Positions 38,782-52,260 are shown, numbered from the stretch's first letter. The stretch: DNA of 64,000 nucleotides from Octopus vulgaris (GCA_951406725.2 OX597831.1:42408001-42472000); one strand, 5' to 3'. Notes: generated by a model from the letters alone, not told the origin. Program-made: numbers and translations.

Positions 38782-39808
38782 TTCTTTATCCCCTCCTCTC
38801 TCTTCTTCTGTCCTCATGCATATTTGTATTTATTTTCCTCCAGTGCCAAAAAGTATTGTCACCCAAACTGGTTCAGTGTCAAATCAGCCATGCCAAGTTA
38901 CCAGTGTCCAAGCAGCCATGTCCAATTGTCTCATTCTGTTCTGCATGCTAGAATTGTTTCATTCTTTTTTTTTGTTAAGCCTTTGTTCTATCTAATCTAT
39001 GTTTACTGAAAGTCCACCATTCTTTCTTCTTATCCTGATTTCTCCTTCCAGACTCCTCTCTCTATCTCTCTCTGTTTCTCTTCTCCTTTCTTCCTCCTAC
39101 CCCTCTGTTTCTCTTCTCTTTTAATAGTCTACCCTCTCTTTTGCACTATTATCAATAATAATATTAAACATCAACTAAGTCCACCACCTGATGTGGGGTA
39201 CCAAGTTTACAGCTGCTCTGCTTCAATACATTTGACCTTTGACTATAATTCTTCAGGCTCCATATAATCTGTTCCTAAAATATGAAGGCACTATGTCTTA
39301 TTTCATCAGTGAGGAGAGGATACAGCAGAAATGGTCGATTGGTGAACAAAATTCCTGGAACAACTTAATTCTATTTTCTCTCACCCAATGTTCAGATACC
39401 AGCAGGCTTGACTTTATTTTTGTGCTGGGATAAAATAAATACCATTTTTGGTCTTTGGGCTAATTAAATACCTGCATCACCTAAATTTAGGGGCTTTGGA
39501 CAAGAGACACTTATTTGCTTACACACAAGAACAATGGGAAGTTAACTGCAATAGCTTATCTACAAAATGCATTAGAGGACAGTTGGTTGTCTCCCCTCTG
39601 TCCTTTCAATCATAATTCATGTTCAAGCATAACTGTGTAGTTAACAAGTTTGGTTCCCAACCATGAATCTTGGGTTCAGTTCTAGTGCTTGGCACCTTAG
39701 GCAAGTGTCATCTACTATAGCTCCAGACTGACCAGAGTCTTATAAATGGATCTGGTAGGTAGAACCTGAAAGAATTCCATTGTGTGTGTTTGTATGTATG
39801 TGTGTATG

Positions 39809-40790
39809 ACAAAGGGCCTCTTGCTTAGAGTAAAAGGCAGACTGTATGATGCATGTGTGCGAACAGCCATGCTACATGACAGTGAAACGTGGGCCGTGAT
39901 TGCTGAGGACATGCGTAAGCTCACAAGGAATGAAGCCAGTATGCTCTGATGGATGTGTAATGTCAGTGCGCATACTCAACAGAGTGTAAGTGCCCTGAGA
40001 GAAAAGTTGAACCTAAGAAGCATCAGATGTGGTGTGCAAGAGAGACGACTGCACTGGGATGGCCATGTGGTGAGAATGGATGAGGATAGCTGTGTAAAAA
40101 AGTGTCACACCCTAGCGGTTGAGGGAACCTGTGGAAGAGGTAGACCCAGGAAGACTTGGGATGAGGTGGTGAAGCATGACCTTTGAATATTAGGCCTCAC
40201 CGAGGCAATGACTAGTGACTGAGACCTTTGGAAATATGCTGTGCTTGAGAAGACCCGGCAACCCCAAGTGAGACCATAACCCCGTGGCCTATGCCAGGAG
40301 TGTAACCAGCCCACTTATGCATACCTTTCCTTCATTGGACACTAAACTCTGCTTGCGAAGACCTGTTGAGGCAATTAAAATCAAAATAAAATTTGATGAC
40401 TGCACTGCCTAACTGGTATCTGTGCTAGTGGAGCGTTAAGAGTACCATCCAAGCATGATTGTTGCCAGTGCCGCTGATGGCTCCCAAGTTGGTGGCACGT
40501 AAAAAGCACCATTCAAGCATGATCATTACCAGCGTCACCTTACTGGCACTTTTGCTGGTGGCACATGAAAGACAACATTCAAGCGAGGTCGTTGCCAGTG
40601 CCGCTGGACTGGCTCCTGTGCAGGTGGCATGCAAAAAACACCTTTTAAGCTTGGCTGTTGCTTGTACCGCCTGAAACTCTGCTAGATCAGATTGGAGCCT
40701 GGTGCAGCCATCTGGCTCGCCAGTCCTCAGTCAAACCGTCCAACCCATGCCAGCATGGAAAGCGGACATTAAACGATGATGATGATGATG
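39809..40790 (+). mobile_element. 5'-truncated RTE-clade LINE (ORF C-terminus, 3'UTR and (GAT)n tail)
   Basis: Translates to KGLLLRVKGRLYDACVRTAMLHDSETWAV..RRLHWDGHVVRMDEDSCVKK..GRGRPRKTWDEVVKHDL with in-frame stops; ends ATTAAAC(GAT)n. Confidence 0.9.
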
Positions 40791-40821
40791 ATATATGTAC
40801 ACATGAGAGAGAGGTGCAAGC

Positions 40822-41200
40822 ATGGCTATATGGTAAGGACATTCCTTCTCAACCAGAAGGTTCCAGGTTTAGTCTCACTGCATGACACTTTGGGCAAGTG
40901 TCTTCTACTATAGCCTCTGGCCAACCAAAGCCTTGTGATTGAATTTGGTGGATGGAAACTGAAAGAAGCCCATTGCACACACACACACATATATATATTA
41001 AAATGTGTGTGTGTGTGAGTTTATCCTCCACCACTTCTTGCCAACTGGTGTTGGTATTTTTATGTCCTTGGAATTTAGTGGTTTGGCAAGAGACTGATAA
41101 ATTAAGCGTCAGGTTTAAAAAAAAGCCCTGGGGTCAAATGAATTGATCCTAGAGCTGCATGGCTGCTGTCTAATGACTGGAGTAAGTAAAAGATAAAAGA
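40822..41200 (+). mobile_element. Family A SINE, degenerate
   Basis: TTGGGCAAGTGTCTTCTACTATAGCC core and GTAAAAGATAAAAGA tail. Confidence 0.7.
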
Positions 41201-41626
41201 TATGTGCGTGTGTATGTGAGTATACTGCTGTGTAGACATCACATGATGATTGTAAATGAGCCTCATCATAGAATTTGTTTTGTTTCAAGTCTTCTTTGAA
41301 AACTTTGTCTGGTTATGTGGCAACTATTATCTTGCTTGGAAACAGGTGAGGGTTTGTGACAGGAAGGGCATCCCAGCTGTAGACAATCTGCCTCAACAAA
41401 TTCCATCTGACCCATGCAAGCATAGAAAAATGGATGTTAAACAATGATGAGTTACTAACATGGACACACATAAGTCATGAGTAGACAGCCATCATATATA
41501 TCTATATGTATATAGACATGCACATATATTGATGTAAATAGGTGTGTATTCACATATGTATTTTAAATATGCATATATTTGTGTGTAAACGTATATACAT
41601 TTATATATACTGCTTGTGTGTCTATG

Positions 41627-41668
<42 letters not shown>

Positions 41669-42309
41669 TACACTCATACTTTTTTCCATTTTATTTATTC
41701 TTATGAATCTCAAACCCTTAACAAGTCGATGCTATCAATAAATGAAAAATTATAAAAACACAAAATGAAACTGAAGTTTAAGGAAGCGAGTGATGTTCTG
41801 CATTGGTAAAAACCATTTTGTGCAATGCATAAAAAATAATTTGTCTATCATGAAATGCTGATGGCCATTGCAGAGGATGTGGTGGAAGAGAATGTGGATG
41901 TTGTATGCAAACTCCTTTGTAACCTGAAACTATCAGAATTTATCTTCCCTCATGGAGAAAACAAACATAGTCTTATTTTACATAGTTATGTCTTTTTGCT
42001 CTTGCATGTATTTCTCTCTTTCTTTCTGTGTTTTCCCCTGAGGACATATCTGAGTAAAAATAGCAAAGGTATTTTGTTAGTGATTCCATTGTTGTTTGTT
42101 TGTTGGTTGTTGTTTATTTGTTCTTTGCAACCAGAAACATAACCAATCAAAAGAATAAATATATATAATACTATGAAATAAATGAAATGATGCATTTTTT
42201 TTTACTTTTCTGTTGTATTTCATTTGGATTTACAAAGAAAATGGAAATTAAGACTAAGTTTGTAAAAGTAAAAATCGCTGTGTGTATGTGAGTATATGTA
42301 GACACATTC

Positions 42310-43400
42310 ATGGCTGTGTGGTTAAGGATTTCCCTTCCTAATCACATTATTTCAGGTTCAGTTCTGAATTGCAGCTCTGGCAAGTGTCTTCTACTACAGC
42401 CCTGGGCCAACCAAAGCCTTGTGTATAGATGGAAACTGAAAGAAGCTTTTTATATGTATGCATATATATATATGTGTGTGGATGTGTGCATAACTTGGTG
42501 GTTAGAGTACTTGGCTCGTGATTGTAAAATTGTGAGTTCAGTACTAGGTGCTGTATTGTGTCCTTGAGCAAGACACTTTATTTCACATTGCTCCAATCCA
42601 ATTAGCTGGCAAAAATGAGCTGTACCTGTAATTCAAAGAGCTAACCTTGCCATATTCTGTGTCATGCTGAATCACCTTAAATACTATATGAAGGGTACAC
42701 ATGCTGTGGAGTGCTCAGCCACTTGCATGTTAATTTCATAAGCAGGCTGTTCCGTTGATTGAATCAACTGGAACCCCCATCATCATAACTGACAGAGTGC
42801 CATTGTGTGTGTTTGTGTGTATGCAAGTGTGCATGAGTGTGTATGTGCAAGTGTGCACAAGTATGTGTGTGTGCAAGTGTGCATGAATGTAAGTTTTTTG
42901 TTTCCTTGTCTTGACATCATGCAGTAGTTTGGCACCTGTGTTGGTGCTATGTAAAAGCACCCATTACACTCATGAAGTGGTTGGCATTAAGAAGGGCATT
43001 CAGCTGGCCCTTCTTAATGACAACCATTTCATGAGTCAGTCTGGAGCTATAGTAGATGACACTTGCCTAAGGTGTCAAGCACTAGAACTGAACCCAAGAT
43101 TCATGGTTGGGAAACCATGCCAGATTAGACTGGAGTCTGGCGCAGCCCCTCAGCTTGCCAGCCCTGGTCAAACCATCTAACCAATGCCAGCATGATGATG
43201 ATGATGATATCACCGTCATTCAAGCTGTGTCATTCAGTTTCAGTCTTCTGTCAAAACATGTTCGCTGAGGGGGAAGATAGTACCTTACTTGGACATAAGT
43301 GTGGGTTGGTGGAGAAAATTGGTTGTAGAAAATTTGCCTCAGTGAACCCTGTCTGACTGATGCAAAAATAAAAAGTGAATGTTAAGATGATGATGTATGT
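42310..43400 (+). mobile_element. Nested cluster of SINE families A, C and D
   Basis: A head at 42310-42480, C copy at 42494-42800, D tails ending ~43205 and ~43395. Confidence 0.7.
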
Positions 43401-44255
43401 GTGCTTATGTATACTTGTGTGAAGGTATGTGGCCTTGTGGTTGGAGTGTTGAATTCAGGATCACGAGATCGTAGCTTCAGTTGCTGGACTGAGTAGCATG
43501 TTGTGTTTTTAAGCAAGACACTTCATTTCACATTGTTCCTGTCCACTCGGCTGTAAATGGGTCACCCTGTTGTGGATTAACTTTCCAGACAGGTGGAATG
43601 TTGGCCTCCTCACTTAGCCAGCAGGGTGGCGTCATTTGAAAGCTAAAAACATAACCTAGAAGTTGTTGTGTTGGTCTCATGATAAGGTCAAGGTTTTGAT
43701 TCCTAGACTGGGCTGTGTGTCATGTATTTGAGTAACACACACTCAATATCATGTTACTCCAGTTGACTCAGCAGAAAATGTGCATCAAACATAGCCAACA
43801 TTTAACCTTCTGCTGAATCATCATCCTGTACAGTTGAATGCCTTTGACAGAAGATAAAATCTGATTTTCATCAACAACACCAGATCAAGTTTGATTTGTT
43901 GCACAGCAACAGAAAAACCTAGTTTGAATTTCATCCTTCAAGGGTTGATGAAATAAATAGTGGCAATATTCTGGTTCTGATTCACTTGATTATGATACTC
44001 TTTCTACTGTCCCAAGTACGTAACCTCATGCTAAAGTCAAAAACTGTTATTGTTGTGGTTAGTGGATGGCAAAATTTGTCCAACACATTCTTGGAAACAC
44101 ATGGCGTAGTGGTTAGGGTGTTGGACTCATGATTGTAAGATTGTGGTGTCAAATCCTGGGTCAGGTGATACGTTGTGTTCTTGAGCAAAACCCTTCGTTT
44201 CACATTACTATAGTCTTCTCAGCTAGCAAAACTGAGTATTCCAGCAACAGACTAG

Positions 44256-45394
44256 TGTCCTGTCCACCAAGGAATATATACACAAGAGAAACTGGAAAAC
44301 AAGCCTTGTTCTCCTTATGGAGTAATGTGTACTAACCATTCTCAAATAATTTTTTTACTATATGGTGTTTAGTTATGTCCTAAATTCTGAGTTCAAATTC
44401 TACTGCAGTTTACTTTACTATTCGTCTTTCTTGGGTTGATAAAATAAAGTTCCACTCAGGTACTGAAATTGAAAATGAAATAAACTACACCTTGTTCCCA
44501 AAATTTGTGGATTTCTGTGTAAAACAGGCCAAAATCAGAAAAGGGGTGGATTAAGGCATTGGACAAATTATCTTGCAGTATCTTTTTAGTTCTTTATGTT
44601 CTGAGATCAAATCCCACCATAGTCAACTTTTTCCTTTCATTCTCTCAAGGTTGATAATGTACAAATCGAGTACTGCCATAAATAATGTAAAAGGCTACAC
44701 ATCTATTCAAAAAAATTGTGTTCTTTTGTATTATGTAAAAGAAAGAATAATGATGGAATGCATGTTGGGTGGGCAGAATCGTGAGAGCATCCAACAGATA
44801 TATTGCTGTATTTGTTCCAGATCTTTGATACAGTTCTTTGTGTTCTGAGTTCAAATCCCACTGAGGTCAACTTTTGCTTTGGGGTCAATAAATAAACGAC
44901 CAGGCCAAGGTGGTAGTTTGGTGGAATTGTTAGAAGAGCAGATTGGAATGTCTTGTCCTGTCCACCAAGGAATATATACACAAGAGAAACTGGAAAACCA
45001 GCCTTGTTCTCCTTATGGAGTAATGCGTATTAACTATTCTTGAATAATTTTTTTACTATATGGTGTTTAGTTATGTCCTAAATTCTGAGTTCAAATTCTA
45101 CTGCAGTTTACTTTACTATTCGTCTTTCTTGGGTTGATAAAATAAAGTACCACTCAGGTACTGAAATTGAAAATGAAATAAACTACACCTTGTTCCCAAA
45201 ATTTGTGGATTTCTGTGTAAAACAGGCCAAAATCAGAAAAGGGGTGGATTAAGGCATTGGACAAATTATCTTGCAGTATCTTTTTAGTTCTTTATGTTCT
45301 GAGATCAAATCCTACCATAGTCAACTTTTTTCTTTCATTCTCTCAAGGTTGATAATGTACAAATCGAGTACTGCCATAGATAATGTAAAAGGCT
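44256..45394 (+). repeat. Recent ~440-bp direct duplication (44256-44696 and 44954-45394)
   Basis: Both copies run TGTCCTGTCCACCAAGGAAT..TAATGTAAAAGGCT with about ten substitutions; offset 698 bp. Confidence 0.95.
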
Positions 45395-45849
45395 GTCGAG
45401 TTCAGAATCCTGCCTAGACTAATGTTGCAGTAAATTAACCTCTTCCAGGTGGACTAATAGAAGGTTAAAAAGGCACTGAACACAAAAGAATATAGGCCCT
45501 TATTGGAGTTGGGACATGCTTATGAGCATAATTATGATGATGACTTTTGGGGTCAATAAAATAAAATAGCAGCCCATTAAGGTATTTCAGAATCAGTCCT
45601 AGTAAAAGTATTTCTCACCAAAGGGTAAAACAATTGTTCATATGAATTTAGGAAGTATTTGAGACCATGATATTAAGTTTCTTCAGTGAAAGAATAAATG
45701 GAAAGAGTCAACGTCTAATAATTAATACAAAGGAAATGTCTGGTCATTCCTCATAGCAAGCTTCCTGCTAGAGAACATTCTGTTTCAAAAACTATATCTC
45801 TCATCAAATGGTGTAAAAAAAAAAAAAAATGAGACAGAATCTCTCCTCA

Positions 45850-47415
45850 CCAAATTTTTGGTCTTGTGACCATGTTAGAAATTTTTATTCTTGATATTAC
45901 AAGAAGAGACTTTTATTAGCACTGGTGTTGATTTAATCGACTTTCCCCTGCCTCCAAAATTATTGGTCGTGTGCCAAAATTTGAAATTATCATTATTATT
46001 ATTAAGTGAATAAGGTAGCAAGCTTGATGTATCATTAGGGTGTTGGAAAAAATGCATTGTGGTATCTCTTCTGTCTCTTTCTGTTTTAAGTTCAGATCCC
46101 ACGAGGGTTAACTTTCCCTTCCATCCTTTCAGGATCGATAAAATGAAGTACCACTCAAGTACTAGAACCAGTGATACTTACATTAACCCTTCCCTTCAAA
46201 ATTGTTGGTCTTGTACCGAAACCTGAAACCAACAGTATTGTCAAGTGTGGGAGATAGGCAGAATTGTTAGAGCATCAGAAAAATGCTTTGCTGTATTTCT
46301 TCTGAAGTTTTACATTCTGAGATCAAATTTTTTTGAGTTCAGTTATGCTTACCATTCCTTTGGGGGTTGATAAAATAAAGTACCAGTCAATTGGGATAGA
46401 TCTAATTGAGTATATACCGTCCCTCATATTTTAGACTAGACCATGTGTCTACACTAGAAACCATTGTTGCTAATGGTGGTGGACTGGTAGAATCATTAGA
46501 ATGTTGAACAAAATGCACTGCAGCACTCCAGATCTTTATATTCTGAGTTCAAATCATTTCAGAGTCAAATTTACCCTCCGTCATTTTATTTGATAAAATA
46601 AAGTATCAGTGAAGATACTTTAGTTTTTAACCCTTTTGCATTCAAATTTCTCTGATAAATGTAATTTATTTATTTTTATTGTTTCAAATTAACCAGACAT
46701 TTTCTCATAGCTTTGGGATTTCAATGATGTGGGGTTTTTTTTATTTGTAAAATGACATTATAAGGTAGGTGTAAGAAGTTGGTTCTGGCTGGTTTGGACA
46801 TAAAACAGGTAAAAGATTTCGACCAAATGTGGCTGGTTTAAATGCTACAGGGTTAAGGAAGTGAATTGCCAAAGTAGTAGACAGAATGCCTTGTGGTATT
46901 TGTTCTGACCCTGAGCCCAGATCCCTCTAAGGTCAACTTAGACTTTCATCCTTTCTGAGATGATAAAAAAGTACTAATCAAAGGCTGTGGGTTTCTGGAA
47001 CTGTAAGATCAATCTGGGTGCCTTGTATTTGTTCTAACTTATTGTGCTCTGAGTTAAAATCCCACCATGGCCTTCTTTGGTACTAAACTTACCCTTTGCC
47101 TTGTTTAACACCATTGCCTGGCACCTTGGCCAGGTTTTTAACCAAGTCTACTCTGTGGCAAGCATTGAAGTCAGTTTCTAGTTTGACATTCCTTCTTTCC
47201 TCCCTTCAGTCAATCTCAGAAGCCCTATAAAGGGTCATGAGCCCTGCCTTCTGGTCTGACTGAAAAAGAGGAATAAAAAGTATCAGGCCTTGTACCTGGT
47301 GAACTTGCAGAACCATTAGCACACTGGACAAAGTGTTAAGTGGGCATTTTGTCCATCTTTACATTCTGAGCTCAAATTCTTCCAAGCTTGGCTTTACCTT
47401 TCATCGTTTTGAGGA
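45850..47415 (+). mobile_element. Chain of degenerate family B SINEs interrupted by an M1 MITE (46627-46856)
   Basis: Repeated TTCTGAGTTCAAAT / CATCCTTT / AAAGTACCAGT motifs; MITE ends TTAACCCTTTTGCATT..AATGCTACAGGGTTAA. Confidence 0.7.
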
Positions 47416-48855
47416 TGAAGTTATTGGAGCATGCAATGAAGATTGTGGAAAGGGTGTTGGAGAGGAGAATTCAGAAAATAGTGGATGTGGACGTGATGCA
47501 ATTTGGTTTTACGCCAGGAAAGGAGACAATAGATGCAGTATTCATTGTAAGGAGGTTGCAAGAGGAATACCGAGATAAGGAGGAGTTGTAGATGTCCTTC
47601 ATCGATCTGGAGAAGGCATTTGATAGGGTTCCAAGGAAAGCAAGTAAGTGAGTGTTGAGGAAGAGAGGTGTACTAGAGGTAATAGTGAGGGCAGTAATGA
47701 GTTTGTATTAAGGGGTAAAGACTTGATTTAGAGTTGGATCAGAGCTGTCAGAGGAGTTTGTGGTGAAAGTTGGCATGCAACTGGGATCTGTGTTGTCACC
47801 GTTGTAGTTTGCAATAGTGGTTGATGTGGTGATGGACAGTGCAAGAGAGGGATTGATAATGGAGATATTGTATGCGGATGACTTTGTTCTGATGAGTGAG
47901 ACGATGGACGGATTGAGGGAGAAGTTTCGGAAATGGAAGGAGGCATTTGAAAGCAAGGGTTTGAAGGTAAATCTCGGGAAAACAAAGGTGATGGTGAGCG
48001 GGGAGGAAGGTGAAGTGTTTGTGAGTAAGGTAGATCCAGATGGTATGTGTGGGAGGAGGGTATGGCAAATGTGATGTTGTGTATGAAATGTGGGAAATGG
48101 ATTCATGGTAGATGTACACAAATGAAGAAGGTGACCCCAAAGACTGTCTAGAGATGTTATTCATGGAAGATGTGAGAAATGAGCTGGAGAGCTGGTGGAA
48201 CCAGTGAAAATGCTATGTGGTAAGGTAGAAACAGTGAGAGGGTTTGCTATTTGGGAGATAGTGTGGATGTGAAGCAGCTGTGATAGCAAGAGCAAGACTT
48301 GGCTGGATGAAGTTCAGGGAATGTGGAACATGATTATATGGGAAAAGGTTCTCCTTGAAGATGAAAGGAAGGGTTTATTGGAGTTGTGTGAGATCTGTAA
48401 TGCAGTATGGGAGTGAGATATGGTGTCTGAGGGAAAGGGAAATAGCAGTTTTGAGAAGGACCGAGAGAGCAATGGCGAGAGCAATGTATGGTGTGAAACT
48501 ATTGGATAAAAGGAAAGTTGAGGACTTAATGAGGATGCTGGGGTTGGAGGAATCAGTGGAACAGCTGGCAAGGGTGAATGGAGTGCAGTGGTATGGATAT
48601 GTGTTGAAGAAATATGAGGATCATGTTCTGAGGAGAGTGCTTGAGTTTAAAGTGAATGAATCGCGAAAGCAGGATTGACCAAAGAAAATGTAGAGGGGAC
48701 AGGTGGAGGAGAACATTGGGACGGTTGGCTTGAGGAGGGAGGATGCCCAAAACCAGGAGAGATGGTGTGAGAGTGGTTGCTGTAAGAGTGAGGTAGATTT
48801 GGCCACCCCCGTTAACAGGGACAAACCCAGATTTAAAATATTGAAATTCATCATC
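47415..48855 (+). mobile_element. RTE-clade LINE fragment with decayed reverse transcriptase
   Basis: KLLEHAMKIVERVLE..QFGFTPGKETIDAVF..FIDLEKAFDRVPR..GMQLGSVLSPL..ILYADDFVL..GLKVNLGKTKVM..KGRVYWSCVRSVMQYGSEIW..QWYGYVLK, with several stops and frameshifts. Inserted inside a family B SINE, which resumes near 48860. Confidence 0.95.
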
Positions 48856-49466
48856 ACCAAAATGTAATCAACTTTCCCTTCCCCTCCAAAATCTACTGCC
48901 TCTGTGCCAAAATTTGAAACCATTGTTACAGCTAAAAGTATTTGTACTTTTTCAAGCACAATAATATACTAATATTGGTTTCCAGTCAATCATTTGTGGC
49001 CATGCTTGGGTAACCTCTCTCTCCCCCTCCTCCCCTCTCTCTCTTACCCCCCCCCTATATATATATTGTTTTCCTTTTGTTCTCCTACCAATGCTAATTG
49101 TACATTGATCTTAAAGCCATATTATGTTTGGCTTATAATTTTTCTGAGAGAAAATGATATCCTTTTAAGATAGGTATAAAAGATTTATTTCTTAGATTTG
49201 CAATAGTTGAGAAAATATAAAATAAAAAGAAAGTAAACAAAAAATCTTTAAAAAAAATGTAATGATGCCAATTTGCAAGTGTAATTTTTTATATTTTTTA
49301 ATAGATTAGTAAGCATTCATACATACTGAACTATACATTCATATGTGTAATATATATGATGATGATAATAATAATAATAATAATAATAGGGAATATGATT
49401 CCAAACTTACAGGGAAAATTTCAATTTAGTAATACTAAATCAAATTTCACAATATATAATATATGT

Positions 49467-49763
49467 ATATAAATTAGAGAAGAACCACCATGTGGCAATT
49501 CAATGATGATGTAATTGAATCATACCATATAGAAAAAAATTAAAGATATGATAAAACATTTACCTAAAACTAAATAAAGTACAAAATAATAAATAAATAG
49601 TATATAATTAGTATATTTACTAATTATATACTAATTATTTATTATTTTGTTCTTCATTAATTCTAGGTAAATGTTTTATTGTATATTTAATTTTTTTCTA
49701 TATGGTATGATTTAATTATATCATTGTTGAATTGCTACATGGTGGTTCTTCTCTAATTTATAT
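49467..49763. repeat. ~300-bp AT-rich fold-back with a 4-nt loop, abutting (TA)n
   Basis: AAATTAGAGAAGAACCACCATGTGGCAATTCAA.. is mirrored by ..TTGAATTGCTACATGGTGGTTCTTCTCTAATTT; centre TAGTA-TATT-TACTA at ~49614-49617. Confidence 0.9.
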
Positions 49764-49797
49764 ATGTATATGTACATACATACATACATATATATAT

Positions 49798-49830
<33 letters not shown>

Positions 49831-49874
49831 ATATATATATACACACATATATATATACATACACACATATACAT

Positions 49875-50207
49875 ACATCATCATCATCATCCTCATCATC
49901 GTTTAACGTCCGTTTTCCATGCTGGCATGGGTTGGACTGTTTGACTGAGGTCTGGAGAGCCAGTGGCTGCACCAGGCTCCAATTTGATCTGGCAATGTTT
50001 CTACAGCTGGATGCACTTCCTAACACCAACCACTCCGAGAGTGTAGTGAGTGCTTTTTACATGCCACTGGCACAGGAAGCCAGTCAGGTGGGCCTGTCAT
50101 CGATCACGTTGAGATAGTGCTTTTTATGTGCCAGTGGCATGGGAGCCAGTCAGGAGTTACTGGCATCGACCACATTTGGATGCTGCTTTTTACGTGCCAC
50201 TGGCAGT
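49875..50207 (-). mobile_element. RTE-tailed repeat (family D)
   Basis: (CAT)nCGTTTAACGTCCGTTTTCCATGCTGGCATGGG, with internal TGCTTTTTAYRTGCCA subrepeats as in 40420-40640. Confidence 0.8.
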
Positions 50208-50329
50208 GTTGTTATTTTGTTTCATTCTAAACAGTTTTGAATTCTGTTTAAAAAGTTGGTCTTTCAATGTTGCTGTATGTATGGCTGCACTGAACAGGCA
50301 AAATCATAAGCACACCAGACAATGTGATT

Positions 50330-51279
50330 TTTGCTGCATTTTCTTTCGACTCTATGTTTCTGAGTTCAAATACCACTAAGGTCGACTTTACCTTTCATCC
50401 TTTCCAAGGTTGATAAAATAAGTACCAGTTGAGCACTGAGGTCAATGTAATCAATTAGTATCGATGTTTGATGTAATTGACTGTCTTCTTTGCAATCCTT
50501 GCATCTTATTTCAAAACATTGTTATTATTATCGTTATTACTATTAAGGCGGCAGGCTGGCGGAATCATTAGTGTGCTGGCTAAAATGCTTAGTGGTATTT
50601 CGCCCATCGCTACATTCTGAGTTCAAATTCCACTGAGGTCGACTTTACCTTTCATCCTTTATGGGTCGATAAATTAAGTACCAGTGAAACACATGGGGGT
50701 TGATGTGATTGACTTATCTCCTTCCCCAAAATGGCTGCTCTTGTGGCAGAATTTGAAACCATTATTCTTCTTATTATTATTTAAGGCAGCAAGCTGGTAG
50801 AACCATTAACATGCCATGCAAAACGCTTAACGGCATTTCCTCCATCTTTACGTTCTGAGTTCAAATTCCAATTCCATTGCGGTTGACTTAATTAAGTACC
50901 AGTGAAACACTGGAGTCGATGTAATTGACTACTTCCCCCTGCCAAATTTCAGGCCTTGTGCCTTTAATAGAAAGGATTATTATTATTATTATAATAATAA
51001 TAATAATAATAATAATAATTATTATTATTATTATTATTTAAAGTGGCAAACTGATAGAATCATTAGCACACCAGGTGAAATACTTAGCGGTATTTTGTAC
51101 GTCTTTACATTCTGAGTTCAAATTCCACCAAGGTTGACTTTGCCTTTCATTCTTTTGAGATTGATGAAATAAGTACCAGTTATGTACTGGGGTCTATGTA
51201 ATTGACTAGTCTCTTCCCCGAAAGTTTCAGGCCTTGTGCCTATAGTAGAAAGGATCATCATCATCATCATCATCATCGA

Positions 51280-51315
<36 letters not shown>

Positions 51316-52260
51316 CATTATTATTATTATTGGCTGGCTAAATCATTAGCAGCATTTCATCTAACTTCATTTTTTAGGTTCAAATTCTGCTAAGGTCAAC
51401 TTTGCCATCAATCCATTTGGGGGAATCAAAGATATAAGTACGAGTTAGGCACTAGGGTTAATGTAATTGACTTGTCTCACTCCCTTGAAATTCCAGGCTT
51501 TGTAGAAAGGATTAATAAATCATTATTATATATTTATAGATTATTATAATGTTGGTGGAGTGCTTGAAAAATGGCTTTGTGGTATTTCGCACGTCGGGCG
51601 AAATGCTTAGTGGTATTTCGTCTGCCGCTACGTTCTGAGTTCAAATTCCGCTGAGGTCGACTTTGCCTTTCATCCTTTCGGGGTCGATTAAATAAGTGCC
51701 AGTTACGCACTGGGGTCGATATAATCGACTTAATCTGTTTGTTTGTCCTTGTTTGACCACTCTATGTTTAGCCCCTTGTGGGTAGTAAAGAAATAGGTAT
51801 TTAACTTTGTGTTTTTATGTTCTGAGTTCAAACTCTACAGAAGACAGTTCTTTTGCTGTTCATTGAAGGTATTGATAATCCCCTTCCCCTCAAAACTGTT
51901 GACTTGTGTCTAATGGTTTGCAATATTTCTTCCAGTCAAGGCGGCAAGCTGGCAGAATCATTAGTATTCCAGACTAGATCCTTAGCAATATTTTGTCTGT
52001 CTTTACATTCTGAGTTCAAATTCTGCCAAGATCAATTTTGCCTTTCCTCCATTTGGGGTCAGTGAAATAAGCACCAGCTGAGTATTGGGAGTCAATGCAC
52101 TCAACTTCACCCTCCCCACAAAAATTGCTGGCCTTGTGCCAAAATTTGAAATCAGTATTTCTTCCAGCCTTTAACATTTTGAGTTCAAATTCCACTAGTA
52201 TCAACATTGCCTTCCATCCCCACCAGGGTCGATAAAATAAAGTACCAGTCAAATAATGGA
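50330..52260 (+). mobile_element. Chain of ~8-9 family B SINE copies joined by (ATT)n
   Basis: Units start near 50546, 50783, 51040, 51330, 51590 and 51939, plus fragments. Confidence 0.85.

Noticed and set aside
47415-48680. Functional reverse transcriptase, or a retron/DGR-type system
   Set aside because: Multiple stops and frameshifts, 5'-truncated, and the motifs are those of an ordinary RTE non-LTR element.
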